Shown here: piece by piece, positions 10,544-20,341 of the stretch
How the letters are laid out: every line of letters begins with the position of its first letter
Numbering within the stretch: position 1 is the stretch's first letter
IMG/VR virus record: IMGVR_UViG_2703718787_000017
Source of the DNA: a virus
Lineage: Duplodnaviria; Heunggongvirae; Uroviricota; Caudoviricetes
Reading direction: 5' to 3' (one strand)
Length of the DNA stretch: 64,000 bases
Program-made: the position numbers and the translations under genes
Notes under the pieces: model-generated
The model's input: the letters and a program-made list of their open reading frames with translations, nothing else
The model's database searches: none
Told to the model about the DNA's origin: nothing

Positions 10544-11470
10544 TCATTGGCTTACCTCCTTCGGCGGTTCTGGTAGCGGCATCCAGTGGGTTACTTCTTT
10601 GAGATGCAGGTCTTCGCCATCACCGTCATCCCAAGTGGGATTGCCATCATTAAACCAGTCGCCATATACGCCGACCTGAGTGTTGGGGATGCTTGGTGGG
10701 TAGTTGTTTTTAAAGTCAGCTGCTAACACATAGTATTGTCGCTCTCCCATTTCTGGCATTCGATCACTACAGCTTATCCAACCATCCGGAGTTACCGGAA
10801 CTGGCGGAACGGCTGTTTGCTCTCGAACGTCATTAGTCGCTATCGGTTCTGCTGCCAACTGACTGGCATATTTGTTAATGGTAACGATAAGCTCTTGCTC
10901 AGCCTCATCCAGACAATCACCGATACCTCGCCTGTCACCGTCAAAATCATCGAAATCGGCACGAATCTTGGCAACCTTCTGGATTGCGGACAACACCTCA
11001 CTAGGAATTACCGGATAGTTGGTTGACGTTTCCGCGATTTCCCGAAAATTATTGGTTGACGAATTCTTGTTTTCCCGAAAGTTTCCGGACTGAAGCATGG
11101 CGGCGCGGCAGGCATTCCAGCCTCTTACCTCTGCAATAGCGGCAACCGCATCAACCGCGTACATGCTAAGAGGATTAGGCATTGGTTTTTCTTCCGGTAC
11201 TACTGGTGCTGGAGGGGCGGCGTAAATGCCCTCTATCACTAAATGTTTGCGCTCAAAATCATCTGGCTCTCGATGATATACGTAACTCCAATCACCAAGG
11301 TTATCATTGCGCCTGCAACGGAAACCTATCGGCTCGGCTTCCAGCGCTGCCAGAGCAATTCGTGCCAGTTCTTCCGCTTCTTCTGCTGGCAGTACAACGT
11401 TGCTACCAGGTCCGTATGTTTCGCGCCACTGCTTGATTGTCAGTAGTCGCTCTTTGGTAATAGTGATCAT
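10544..11470 (-). CDS. lambdoid early-region protein with C-terminal DUF551-like segment (…HWMPLPEPP)
   Basis: 308-aa ORF; C-terminal motif typical of phage DUF551 proteins; start overlaps upstream gene stop (coupling). Confidence 0.7.
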   Translation of the reverse strand: MITITKERLLTIKQWRETYGPGSNVVLPAEEAEELARIALAALEAEPIGFRCRRNDNLGDWSYVYHREPDDFERKHLVIEGIYAAPPAPVVPEEKPMPNPLSMYAVDAVAAIAEVRGWNACRAAMLQSGNFRENKNSSTNNFREIAETSTNYPVIPSEVLSAIQKVAKIRADFDDFDGDRRGIGDCLDEAEQELIVTINKYASQLAAEPIATNDVREQTAVPPVPVTPDGWISCSDRMPEMGERQYYVLAADFKNNYPPSIPNTQVGVYGDWFNDGNPTWDDGDGEDLHLKEVTHWMPLPEPPKEVSQ

Positions 11471-11982
11471 GCCGCGTTTCCTTCTTTCTTATTAACAATT
11501 ACACCGTCATATATTTCATTAAGGTGCCCTCTCAACTCCATGCGCCTTAATGCAGATAACATGTAATCGCATTCAACCTGCTTATTCCCAATAAAAGGTT
11601 TATCTTCAGGGTTACCCCAACAGCAATTCCCCTTGGGCCATCCATGTACTTTCCGTACTCTTCCGTTAACAACGTGAAGTAATCCCCAGCCAGGTGGTAA
11701 ATCCTCAATTGAAATAATTCCCGGCTCACTAATAAAGAATCGCCAGTCGCCCATTCCAAGAGACGGATTTTTACGAAAACGCTTTTTTCTATCTGCCAAC
11801 AAGTCAGCACGAGAACATTTCGCCTCTATCAGGCATGATGCTGAATTTCTGAATCCCATAGCATCTGGCTGTTCTCCGGTACTGGTTACAGCTATAAAGC
11901 GGTCATGAAAACAAACCTTGAACCCGCTGCGCTTAAGGAACTTGTACGCAATCTGACAGAGTTCGCGGTGTGTTAACGCCAT
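11467..11982 (-). CDS. hypothetical phage protein (about 171 aa)
   Basis: ORF in operon with flanking minus-strand genes; start ATG 1 nt after upstream stop. Confidence 0.55.
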   Translation of the reverse strand: MALTHRELCQIAYKFLKRSGFKVCFHDRFIAVTSTGEQPDAMGFRNSASCLIEAKCSRADLLADRKKRFRKNPSLGMGDWRFFISEPGIISIEDLPPGWGLLHVVNGRVRKVHGWPKGNCCWGNPEDKPFIGNKQVECDYMLSALRRMELRGHLNEIYDGVIVNKKEGNAA

Positions 11983-11983
11983 A

Positions 11984-12934
11984 TCACTCTCCTTTGATGC
12001 GAATGCCAGCAAGCCAGTTTCTTATGCCGATATATTCAGCGTTCCGGAAACCGCTTTTTACATATATAAATGGCAAGCGAAGATTGTGACCATTGACTGC
12101 CAGGTAGTCTTTACAACCCTGTTCGGTGAAACAGCAGGTAACGAATTCATCAATATCTTTCACAGCAACGCGCCGCCATTTTTCTGGTGGCTCTCGAAAG
12201 TTTTCATGAAGTAGCTCGAGACGACGACTATGGCGTTTATTGGCTTCATTGCCATCTTCGTCAACCCAGACAATCCGGTCATGGTCATAATCAGCATCAA
12301 CAACGATTTCGCGCTTTTGATACACACAAAACATGGGATCTGACGTTATTCGATTGTCCTGTGTTCGAATATTTTCACCGATGATGCCAAACGAATCTGG
12401 TGCAGATTTTGTCTGCATCTCTTCGATACGTTCAGCCATCGCAGCACACTCTTCAAAGTTGCTTAATGCTTTTCGCTCCCATTCGGCGCATTGTTTTTCC
12501 AGTTCTGCTATGCGCTTACTTCCATCCGCGATTACTCCCTCGTAATATTCACGCTGCTCGTTGAGTTTTGATTTTGCTGTTTCAAGCTCAACGCGCAGCT
12601 TCCCTACCGTAAGCGCAATATCCTCGTTCTCCTGGTCGCGGCGTTTGATGTATTGCTGGTTTCTTTCCCGTTCATCCAGCAGTGCCAGCACGGTAGCCGG
12701 ATTGGCTGCGGCGATGAATTCAGCATTGGCCTGCTGTTCCATTTGGAAATCTTCATCGAAACCGCTTTCAGGATGTGCTCCTTCAATTCTGCAAATGGGA
12801 ATATATCCAGCAGCCTCGCGATGAATTAGTGCATCATCACCATCAAATCGGTTCTCTCCATATTCGAGCGACCACTCACCACGCGTTGCTTTTTCTGCCT
12901 TTTCACGCAGTACCTGATAGTTAATCTCGCTCAT
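11984..12934 (-). CDS. Ea22-like lambdoid early protein (coiled-coil; N-terminus MSEINYQ…ATRGEWS)
   Basis: N-terminal sequence resembles lambda Ea22-family proteins from memory; GGAG upstream of ATG at 12934. Confidence 0.65.
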   Translation of the reverse strand: MSEINYQVLREKAEKATRGEWSLEYGENRFDGDDALIHREAAGYIPICRIEGAHPESGFDEDFQMEQQANAEFIAAANPATVLALLDERERNQQYIKRRDQENEDIALTVGKLRVELETAKSKLNEQREYYEGVIADGSKRIAELEKQCAEWERKALSNFEECAAMAERIEEMQTKSAPDSFGIIGENIRTQDNRITSDPMFCVYQKREIVVDADYDHDRIVWVDEDGNEANKRHSRRLELLHENFREPPEKWRRVAVKDIDEFVTCCFTEQGCKDYLAVNGHNLRLPFIYVKSGFRNAEYIGIRNWLAGIRIKGE

Positions 12935-13205
12935 TTTTCTCTTCGCTCCGGTATACAAGAATTACAACGTCACCTCTGCTAATTACGCGAGCTGGATCTC
13001 CTGGCTCCATGCTGTCAATCCCGAAGGCTTCGGAAAACGCATTCATTGCCTTCTGGCGTTGATCCTGCTTACGGCATTTATTCCATTTTTTCAGTAACAA
13101 CAGCGATAGCCACCGCCCGGCGCAGAACATAATGTAAAAATAACCAAGAAGCGCCAGACCTGTGTTGAGGGCCGTATCGATCGTTATAGTGGTGTCTATG
13201 CTCAC
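12921..13205 (-). CDS. small hypothetical protein with one hydrophobic helix
   Basis: 94-aa ORF overlapping neighbours by a few nt in an operon-like arrangement. Confidence 0.45.
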   Translation of the reverse strand: MSIDTTITIDTALNTGLALLGYFYIMFCAGRWLSLLLLKKWNKCRKQDQRQKAMNAFSEAFGIDSMEPGDPARVISRGDVVILVYRSEEKNERD

Positions 13206-13423
13206 TTCACACCTCTCTGTTTGTTGATAAGTTCAATATCCTGCTGGCAACTGGCGCAAGTTCGGCATCCGCGAACAGCCTGGCGTCGCCGCTCATCTAT
13301 CGGATCGCCACACTCGCAACAATGAGTAGCAGATGGGGCATTACTTTCGGATTTGTATTTTTGCAGGGAGAGATTGCGCTGCAATTCTTCGATTTCAGCG
13401 GCATTGTCGATGATATCTGCCAT
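13202..13423 (-). CDS. TraR/DksA-family C4 zinc-finger protein
   Basis: 73 aa with CxxC…CxxC (CCECG…CRTCASC) pattern typical of phage TraR-like proteins. Confidence 0.7.
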   Translation of the reverse strand: MADIIDNAAEIEELQRNLSLQKYKSESNAPSATHCCECGDPIDERRRQAVRGCRTCASCQQDIELINKQRGVK

Positions 13424-13470
13424 TTTCCTTTCCTTCAGGCATGAAAAAAGGAGCCGAAGCTCCTTTGGTA

Positions 13471-14094
13471 TCAGAATTCAAATTGTCTTGCTCTTAGTTG
13501 CGCTAGCATACTTCTGGCCCTATGCACCATATAGTTGGCGGGATCAAGTTTTGCTGCTTCGCGGAGCAATGTGTCGCGAGTCCGGTTGGTTATATGACGA
13601 GTCTCGTAGGCCAGATCAAACAGTTTCCCGTAGTAATCAGAATTCAGTTCTCTCATGACGGGGTATAGCTGCTTACTGAGTTGTTGTGCTTTTTCCATCC
13701 AGAGTTGAACGTAGCAGAGCAGGATGATGTCTTCTGCTGTGAATTGCTGCTCAGTTTGTACTGGCTGAATGTTGCGAAGTTTCTTTTCGCACTCGATGAA
13801 GTATCGGCGTATCTGGCGGCCTTTTTCGTTACGTTCAACCATCGCAAGCTCTTTGGCTGTGTCGAGGGTGAGGTGGTAATCCTTGCGGCGGCGGCCTGGA
13901 GTTTTCGCCAAATTTGGCGAAAATAGAATGTAGTCTAAATTTTCTACGAATCCATACTCGTTTAGCTTGGCCCGTATCCAGTTAGAAAAATCTTTACCTA
14001 CCTCTAAAAATCCATGCAAATCACGCGCGTTCACCAGAAGCGTAGGTTCATTTGAGATTGTACCTTCAAACACAGGGATGAGTTGAGTGGTCAT
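13471..14094 (-). CDS. phage antirepressor (AntA-type N-terminal domain plus C-terminal domain)
   Basis: MTTQLIPVF…ARDLH…YHLTLDTAKE motif set; strong RBS AAAGGAGG; upstream in-frame extension rejected. Confidence 0.8.
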   Translation of the reverse strand: MTTQLIPVFEGTISNEPTLLVNARDLHGFLEVGKDFSNWIRAKLNEYGFVENLDYILFSPNLAKTPGRRRKDYHLTLDTAKELAMVERNEKGRQIRRYFIECEKKLRNIQPVQTEQQFTAEDIILLCYVQLWMEKAQQLSKQLYPVMRELNSDYYGKLFDLAYETRHITNRTRDTLLREAAKLDPANYMVHRARSMLAQLRARQFEF

Positions 14095-14343
14095 GATGAC
14101 CTCCTTTGGCTTTTTTCGAGAAATGCCACCACAAAATGTGGTGCCGGGAGGCTCGAAACGGCCCAAAAGATACCGCGGACTTATTCCCCTTGCGGGTGTT
14201 GTATTCGTCGCCCTCCCGACATTGATCGGGGATGTGACCGCACACTGTGCTATCACTGAATAACAGGCATAAAAAATCCAACACTGACGGGGTTGGTTTA
14301 ATCCGCTTTTGGGAGGTTTTCGAGGCCTCGGCGCGGAGTATAG

Positions 14344-14631
14344 TCAGTATTGGACGCAGTCGTCAACCATCGCCGTTTCTTTGGCTGTGTCGAGGGTGAG
14401 GTGGTAATCCTTGCGGTTGTGACCGCCTCTACCAGATGTTTGCTTTCCCAAATTGGAAAGCAAAATATAGTCTTGATTTTCAATGAATTCGTATTCTGAA
14501 ATGCGATTTGTAATCCATGCCGCAAACACCTTTTTCACGCCTAAAAAAGCATGCAGATCGCGGGCATTGCAGAGTAGGGCTGTTTCGTTGTCGATAGTGC
14601 CGTTGAATACGGGGATGAGTTGATTAGCCAT
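14344..14631 (-). CDS. truncated antirepressor paralog (AntA-type N-domain only, 95 aa)
   Basis: MANQLIPVF…YHLTLDTAKE; shares a near-identical 40-nt stretch with the downstream ant gene; RBS AGGAG. Confidence 0.65.
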   Translation of the reverse strand: MANQLIPVFNGTIDNETALLCNARDLHAFLGVKKVFAAWITNRISEYEFIENQDYILLSNLGKQTSGRGGHNRKDYHLTLDTAKETAMVDDCVQY

Positions 14632-14957
14632 AATTATGACTCCTGACGTTTTAGTATTGACTGCCACCTTAGTGGGGTGGCGGGCTTCAACTACCGCGTC
14701 AGACGGCGGAGCGTATTTCCCGAAAGGGTATTGTATTAGGCTCTCTCGACCCGCCATTGATATGGCGATACCTGTAAACAGGCATAAAAAAGCCGCAAAG
14801 CTATCGGGTGCGGTTGACCGCTGACGTTGTAGTGCAGTCAGTATGCGATAGCTCTGGCAGATTTGTCAAATCGTGCAGTAACATCCTTTTCTTCCTTGCC
14901 ATTTCTCAATGATGACAAAGGGTGGATTCGGATTGGTATTGGGACAAAAGTGAGACA

Positions 14958-14992
14958 CACAAAGCTTTGCATCGGCTTACAAAGCTTTGCAT
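14958..14992. promoter_or_regulatory. two copies of ACAAAGCTTTGCAT (each containing the perfect 10-bp palindrome CAAAGCTTTG) spaced 20 bp centre to centre; putative operator pair upstream of the antirepressor genes
   Basis: Exact repeat and palindrome read from sequence; two-helical-turn spacing. Confidence 0.35.
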
Positions 14993-15036
14993 GTTTTTCA
15001 ATGTTGGGACGTGTGAGCGCAGAAATGACGGGCTAT

Positions 15037-15150
15037 CTAATTGATTTTAAACGATACGTAACCAACTTTAAAATCTTTGCACGCCAGTTCGCAGGTTTTA
15101 CAGCCAGTACAGCGGCTGGAATCGATAAAAAATCCATATTGTGTGGTCAT
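15037..15150 (-). pseudogene. ynfG: ynfG 5' fragment: first ~28 codons (MTTQYGFFIDSSRCTGCKTCELACKD…) then out-of-family sequence and stop
   Basis: N-terminal 4Fe-4S ferredoxin-type motif CxxCxxC matches YnfG start; RBS GGAG 10 nt after ynfF stop; ORF ends after 37 codons instead of about 205. Confidence 0.7.
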
Positions 15151-15160
15151 GGGCTACTCC

Positions 15161-17587
15161 TTAAACCTTTTCGATCTGGACAAGATTGCTGTGCGACGGG
15201 TTTCCCTTTGCCAGCGGTGAAGGGCGGTGAGAGGTCAGAATATTGATACTGCCGCCGTGATCGACCCGGTCACCAAACATATCCGCTTTAAGCCACGCAC
15301 CTTGCCCGATGGCGGTAACGCCAGGCAGAATACGCGGAGTCACTTTTGCGGCAATCAGCATTTCTCCATTATTGTTAAATACCCGCACGGTATCGCCATG
15401 ACGGATACCGCGTGCCTGAGCATCAATGGGGTTGATCCACACCTCTTGTGGGCAGGCCTGCTGTAACACATCAATATTGCCGTAGCTGGAGTGGGTACGC
15501 GCTTTGTAGTGGAAGCCCGTTAACTGCAGTGGATAGGTTTTCCGCAGGGGATCGTCCCAGCCATCAAAACCTGGGGTATACGCAGGAAGGGGATGAATAA
15601 TTTCATCTTTTTTCAATTCCCAGGTATCTGCAATCTTCGCCAGTCGTTCAGAATAAATTTCGATTTTCCCCGAAGGTGTTTTCAACGGGTTTGCCTGTGG
15701 ATCTTCACGGAATGCGCGGAAAGCGACGTAGTGTTCTTCCGGGCATTTTTTCTTAAAGATCCCGGTCGTTTTCATCTCCTCGTAGTCGGGCATCTCAGGG
15801 TTACGTTCCTTCGTTTTCGCATGGAGATATTTGATCCATTCATGCTGACTGCGACCTTCAGTAAAGGTTTGATAAACGTCTGGTCCTAAGCGTTTGGCGA
15901 CTTCACTCAGCATCCAGTAGATGGGTTTGCGTTCAAATTTTGCTGAGGTTGCGGGTTGGGCGAGGATCACATAGCCCATATTCCCTGCAGATTCATGAGA
16001 GATAAGGTCTTCTTGCTCTGTTGGCATCAGGTCGGGCAACAGGATATCGCAATACTTAGCCGAGGCCGTCATGAAGTGGTCAATGCCAACAATCATCTCG
16101 CACTTGCTGTCATCCTGAAGCACCTCATGGGTGTGATTGATGTCGCCATGTTGATTGATCAATGTGTTACTGGCGTAGCACCATAAAAACTTGATGGGGA
16201 CATCCAGTTTTTCTTTTCCACGAACACCATCACGGGTCGCGGTCATTTCCGTACCATGGTCGATGGCATCTGTCCATGTAAAGACGGAAATCTGCGTTTT
16301 AACAGGATTCTCAAGCATCGGGAACCATTCTACCCCCAGATCCCAGCTACCTTCGCGTACACCTGAGTTGCCGCCGTTTATGCCGACGTTACCGGTGAGA
16401 ACGGAAAGCATGGCAATAGCGCGGGACGTTTGCTCGCCGTTGGAATGTCGTTGTGGCCCCCAACCCTGACAAATATAAGCAGGTTTTGCTGAACCGATCT
16501 CTCGTGCCAACTGGATAATTTTTTCTGCCGGGATGCTGGTGATTTTTGCTGCCCATTCCGGCGTTTTAGCTATGCCGTCAGGCCCTTCGCCCAGAATATA
16601 GGCTTTATAATGCGCGTTACGTGGTGCGTTGGCGGGCAGCGTTTTTTCATCGTAACCAACACAATATTTGTCGAGAAATGGCTGATCGACCATGTTTTCA
16701 GTAATCAGTACCCAGGCAATCGCACAGGCCAGTGCGCCATCGGTGCCAGGGCGAATGGGCAGCCATTCATCTTCACGCCCGGCAGCAGTGTCGTTATAAC
16801 ATGGATCGATGACGATCATGCGTGCGTTTGAACGTTCGCGGGCTTGCTCGACGTAGTAAGTGACACCACCGCCGCTCATCCGCGTTTCTGCCGGGTTATT
16901 TCCGAACATAACGACCAGTTTCGTATTGGCGATATCATCCGGGCTGTTGCCATCATTGGCACCGAACATATAACTCATTGCGGCACTGATCTGTGCGGTA
17001 CTGTAGCTGCCATAGCGACTGAGAAAACCACCGCAAGAGTTCATCAGACGGTACGGGACGTTTGAGTTGGTGATGTTTCCGCCATCTACGCCTGTTCCGT
17101 ACAGGACATGTACAGCCTCATTGCCGTAATCTTTCAGGATCCGCCGAAGATTATCACTGATGGTATCCAGGGCTTCGTCCCAACTTATCCGTTCAAATTT
17201 ACCTTCACCGCGCTTGCCGACGCGCTTCATGGGATATTTCAACCTATCAGGATGATTCATCCGTCGGCGGATAGAGCGCCCGCGTAAACACGCTCGAACC
17301 TGATGGTTACCGTAGACGTCGTCACCTGTCGTATCAGACTCCACCCAGTACACGGTGTCATCTTTCACATGCAAACGTAACAGACAGCGGCTCCCGCAGT
17401 TAACGGTGCAGGAACTCCAGACCGCTTTCTCTTCTACCGGAGCCTCTGCCGCCCGGACCATTTGGGAAAATGGCAGAGTGAAAGCACTGCTTGCCAGCGC
17501 AAGACTGCCAAGTGCGGAGGTTTTCATCAGACTTCTACGGCTGATTTCAGCCTTCATGAGCGCCTCTGTGGTATGGATTTTCATCAT
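15161..17587 (-). CDS. ynfF: DMSO-reductase-family molybdoenzyme catalytic subunit YnfF, with twin-arginine signal (SRRSLMK)
   Basis: 808-aa ORF; Tat motif; CTVNCGSRC Fe-S motif; paralogous to the split ynfE. Confidence 0.95.
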   Translation of the reverse strand: MMKIHTTEALMKAEISRRSLMKTSALGSLALASSAFTLPFSQMVRAAEAPVEEKAVWSSCTVNCGSRCLLRLHVKDDTVYWVESDTTGDDVYGNHQVRACLRGRSIRRRMNHPDRLKYPMKRVGKRGEGKFERISWDEALDTISDNLRRILKDYGNEAVHVLYGTGVDGGNITNSNVPYRLMNSCGGFLSRYGSYSTAQISAAMSYMFGANDGNSPDDIANTKLVVMFGNNPAETRMSGGGVTYYVEQARERSNARMIVIDPCYNDTAAGREDEWLPIRPGTDGALACAIAWVLITENMVDQPFLDKYCVGYDEKTLPANAPRNAHYKAYILGEGPDGIAKTPEWAAKITSIPAEKIIQLAREIGSAKPAYICQGWGPQRHSNGEQTSRAIAMLSVLTGNVGINGGNSGVREGSWDLGVEWFPMLENPVKTQISVFTWTDAIDHGTEMTATRDGVRGKEKLDVPIKFLWCYASNTLINQHGDINHTHEVLQDDSKCEMIVGIDHFMTASAKYCDILLPDLMPTEQEDLISHESAGNMGYVILAQPATSAKFERKPIYWMLSEVAKRLGPDVYQTFTEGRSQHEWIKYLHAKTKERNPEMPDYEEMKTTGIFKKKCPEEHYVAFRAFREDPQANPLKTPSGKIEIYSERLAKIADTWELKKDEIIHPLPAYTPGFDGWDDPLRKTYPLQLTGFHYKARTHSSYGNIDVLQQACPQEVWINPIDAQARGIRHGDTVRVFNNNGEMLIAAKVTPRILPGVTAIGQGAWLKADMFGDRVDHGGSINILTSHRPSPLAKGNPSHSNLVQIEKV

Positions 17588-17644
17588 TACTCACTTATTG
17601 CTTTTCAAACAAAATGTCATGCCAGAATTTATGATTGTCGTGGG

Positions 17645-18675
17645 TTATATTTTTTCGATCTCGACCAGATTAGTGTGCTGCGGGTTTCCCTTCGCCAGTG
17701 GTGAAGGGCGCAGAGTGGTTAGCGTATTCACACAGCCGCCATGGTCGATTTTATCGCCAGACATATTGGCCTCGTGCCAGGCTCCCTGGCCCATAGCGCT
17801 AACTCCAGGGAGAATACGTGGTGTTACTTTGGCTGGTAGCCGAACTTCGCCACGATGGTTAAACACCCGCACCATATCGCCGTTGGCAATCCCACGTTTC
17901 TGCGCATCTATAGGGTTGATCCACACCTCCTGACGGCAGGCAGCCTTCAGGAGATCAATATTGCCGTAGGTCGAGTGAGTACGGGATTTGTAATGGAAAC
18001 CAAACAGTTGCAGTGGGAAGGTTCTACGTTCAGGGGAGTCCCAGCCTTCAAAGGTAGAGGCATAAACTGGCAGTGGGCTTATCACTTCATCTTTTTCCAG
18101 TTCCCAGGTACGGGCAATTTCCGCCAGCTTGCTGGAATAAATTTCAATCTTACCGGAAGGTGTTTTAAGTGGATTTGCCTCGGGGTCGTCACGAAATGCT
18201 TTGTAGGCGACAAAATGACCATTGGGATCTTTACGCTTATAGATACCCATTTTTTTCAGTTCGTCGTAAGACGGTAACGCCGGATCTTTGGCAAGCATTT
18301 TGGCGTACAGATGTTGTAACCATTGTTCCTGCGTGCGACCTTCAGTGAACTTTTGATAGACGTCAGGTCCAAGACGTTTCGCGACTTCACTCAGGATCCA
18401 GTAAATCGGTTTGCGTTCGAATTTTTCGCTGGTGACAGGCTGGAGGAAAATGAGATATCCCATGTTACCGGCGTAGTCGTTAGGAATAATATCTTCCTGC
18501 TCAACGGTCATCAGGTCTGGCAGCAGAATGTCGGCATATTTTGCCGATGAGGTCATAAAGTTTTCGATGACCACAATCATTTCGCATTTCGATTCGTCCT
18601 GCAGAATTTCATGCGTTTTGTTGATGTCAGAATGCTGATTAACGAGGGTATTTCCCGCGTAGTTCCAGATGAACT
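17645..18675 (-). pseudogene. ynfE: ynfE 3' portion (C-terminal about 340 codons) separated from its 5' portion by the island
   Basis: Translation parallels YnfF C-terminus; native frame begins at …IKFIWNYAGNTLVNQ; upstream part of the ORF is island sequence. Confidence 0.85.
18661..18675 (+). repeat. left copy of 15-bp direct repeat AGTTCCAGATGAACT (att core / target duplication)
   Basis: Exact match to 25258-25272. Confidence 0.8.
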
Positions 18676-18736
18676 CCATTGTCAGACGGATGGATGGACT
18701 TGAAGTAGTTGACTCAATGCTACTTAAGGTCCTGAT

Positions 18737-20341
18737 ATGACTGACATTAACCATGATAATACTGTATGTCCATCCAGTTCTTTCTCTGGGTCTCCCTATC
18801 TGTATCAGCAAGTCTGCACCTCAAGTCCTGACACAAGGCTGACACAAATCAATATACTCAGCGTAGCTAAGCCTCAGTTAGTCCGTAGAGCCAATGGTCG
18901 ATATACTATCCGCTTCAGACTCAAGGGACAGACCATCCCGTTTCTTTCAGTATCGACCCGAAGCACAGACAGGAGAGTAGCCACAATGCGTCAGAGAGAG
19001 CTTGCAGCCACAGCTAAGACATTCCTACTAGACAAGCCTGAAGTTTCGCTACAGGAGCTTACAGAGCACCTCCGGTCTATGGCTGAGCAGTTCCTGACAG
19101 ACGCCAGTGATGACTACTGGAATGGACTTGAGGTCGCTACTCTGGTGGACGAGAAGTCCAACCTGAAGGAGCTAGCCGCTACGCAAGCCTTGAGTCTGGA
19201 CCAGCAGAAGGGCATAAGGTTAGCGCTTGAAGTCCTGACCGCAGCACAGCAGAGGGTAGACACTGGTGATGCCTCTGGTCTGATTAAGCTGATTGATGAT
19301 AATAACCATACTGATTACTCAACTATAGGCGACTATACGTCCATTCTGAAGAATGAGCAGGGGGATAGACCAGCAGTTTTCACACAGGTTACTGCTCCTT
19401 GCAGTCACAGCGAGCGTCAGCCATCTGTGGTTTTTTCAAGCCTAGTGTCCTCGCTGCTGGCTGAGAAGGTCCAGACCCTGAAGTCCTCCAGCTACAAGGA
19501 CCTGTCGTCCTCACTGAATACCGTCTCTCGGTTCTTACCTGAAGACATGGACCTGATGTCCCGCTCTGAGTGGCTGGCTGTCAGGGACTCTATGCTTGCT
19601 TCTGAGGTGAGACCATCGACAATCAACAAGCTGCTGACCAAAGCGAAGATGTGTCTCGATTATGGCCTGATGAATGGGCAACTTGAGGGCCGCAACCCTA
19701 TTGAACGGATGAAGCTGACCAAGGATATCGACTCCAAGCGCAGAGCGTTCACAGACGAGGAGCTGGATGGACTTCTTGTCCGGGTAGAGGCTGAGTATCA
19801 GTTCACACGACATACCGCTCACACGACCTCTGAGGCTCGCAGGTGGGCGACTCTGGTCTCTGTGGTCACTGGCGCTCGGTCTGCTGAGGTCTGCCACCTG
19901 ACTAAACGTGACATTGTAACCTTGGACAATGGACTGGTCTGTATCGACATCAATGAAGATGGGGGCGGGAAGTCCGTAAAGAACAAGCATTCAGTCCGAC
20001 TTGTACCGCTGACCGATGGCGCTTATGGGTTTGACCTGAAGTCCTTCCTCGAATGGGTAGACATGCAGCCTGACGAGGGTCCTCTCTTCGGGATGACTCC
20101 AAGCGCATACTCTAGCTGGTTTAACTCAAGGGTCCTCACAGAGGCTCTCCCAGACGCTGAGAACGTCTCTCTACACAGTCTGAGACATTGGCTGGCGACC
20201 CGGATGAAAGAGCGTGGAGTCAATCTGGTGGACGCTCAGGGCATCTTAGGTCACAGCAGTCAGTCCATTACGTATGACCTGTACGGGAAAGGACATGCAG
20301 TTGGTAGGCTGGCTGATGTGCTGAAGACAGCTTTACTTTAA
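18737..20341 (+). CDS. tyrosine recombinase (integrase), 534 aa with extended N-terminal region
   Basis: C-terminal catalytic pattern: …GARSAEVCHL… (Arg), HSLRHWLATR (His-x-x-Arg), ITYDLYGK (Tyr); gene sits just inside the left repeat. Confidence 0.85.
   Translation: MTDINHDNTVCPSSSFSGSPYLYQQVCTSSPDTRLTQINILSVAKPQLVRRANGRYTIRFRLKGQTIPFLSVSTRSTDRRVATMRQRELAATAKTFLLDKPEVSLQELTEHLRSMAEQFLTDASDDYWNGLEVATLVDEKSNLKELAATQALSLDQQKGIRLALEVLTAAQQRVDTGDASGLIKLIDDNNHTDYSTIGDYTSILKNEQGDRPAVFTQVTAPCSHSERQPSVVFSSLVSSLLAEKVQTLKSSSYKDLSSSLNTVSRFLPEDMDLMSRSEWLAVRDSMLASEVRPSTINKLLTKAKMCLDYGLMNGQLEGRNPIERMKLTKDIDSKRRAFTDEELDGLLVRVEAEYQFTRHTAHTTSEARRWATLVSVVTGARSAEVCHLTKRDIVTLDNGLVCIDINEDGGGKSVKNKHSVRLVPLTDGAYGFDLKSFLEWVDMQPDEGPLFGMTPSAYSSWFNSRVLTEALPDAENVSLHSLRHWLATRMKERGVNLVDAQGILGHSSQSITYDLYGKGHAVGRLADVLKTALL
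18829..18850. repeat. two direct copies of TGACACAA (putative integrase arm-type sites, left end)
   Basis: CTGACACAAGGCTGACACAAAT; same motif appears three times near the right end. Confidence 0.45.

Larger units (their letters stand above)
1..15066. mobile_element. phage-derived segment A (incomplete, continues beyond window start) abutting truncated ynfG; no integrase within the window
   Basis: Phage-type genes (antirepressors, Ea22-like, DUF551, TraR-like) ending where the ynfG frame diverges from expected YnfG sequence; boundary approximate (+/-10 bp). Confidence 0.5.

Noticed and set aside
13681-13926. Plus-strand 81-aa ORF and other small ORFs antisense to the antirepressor gene
   Set aside because: Antisense to a gene with strong RBS and recognisable domain; no start signals.
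1-15066. Segment A as a Mu-like transposable phage inserted in ynfG
   Set aside because: Sequence at the joint does not resemble Mu-type ends (TGTATTGATTC…), and the gene content is lambdoid/P22-like.
14863-15246. 127-aa plus-strand ORF spanning the ynfG joint
   Set aside because: Crosses the foreign/host boundary, is antisense to the ynfG start and has no RBS; spurious.
15593-18550. Multiple plus-strand ORFs (e.g. 15593-15889, 16191-16469, 17355-17933, 17855-18277, 18323-18550) inside ynfF/ynfE
   Set aside because: Shadow ORFs antisense to well-supported molybdoenzyme genes.
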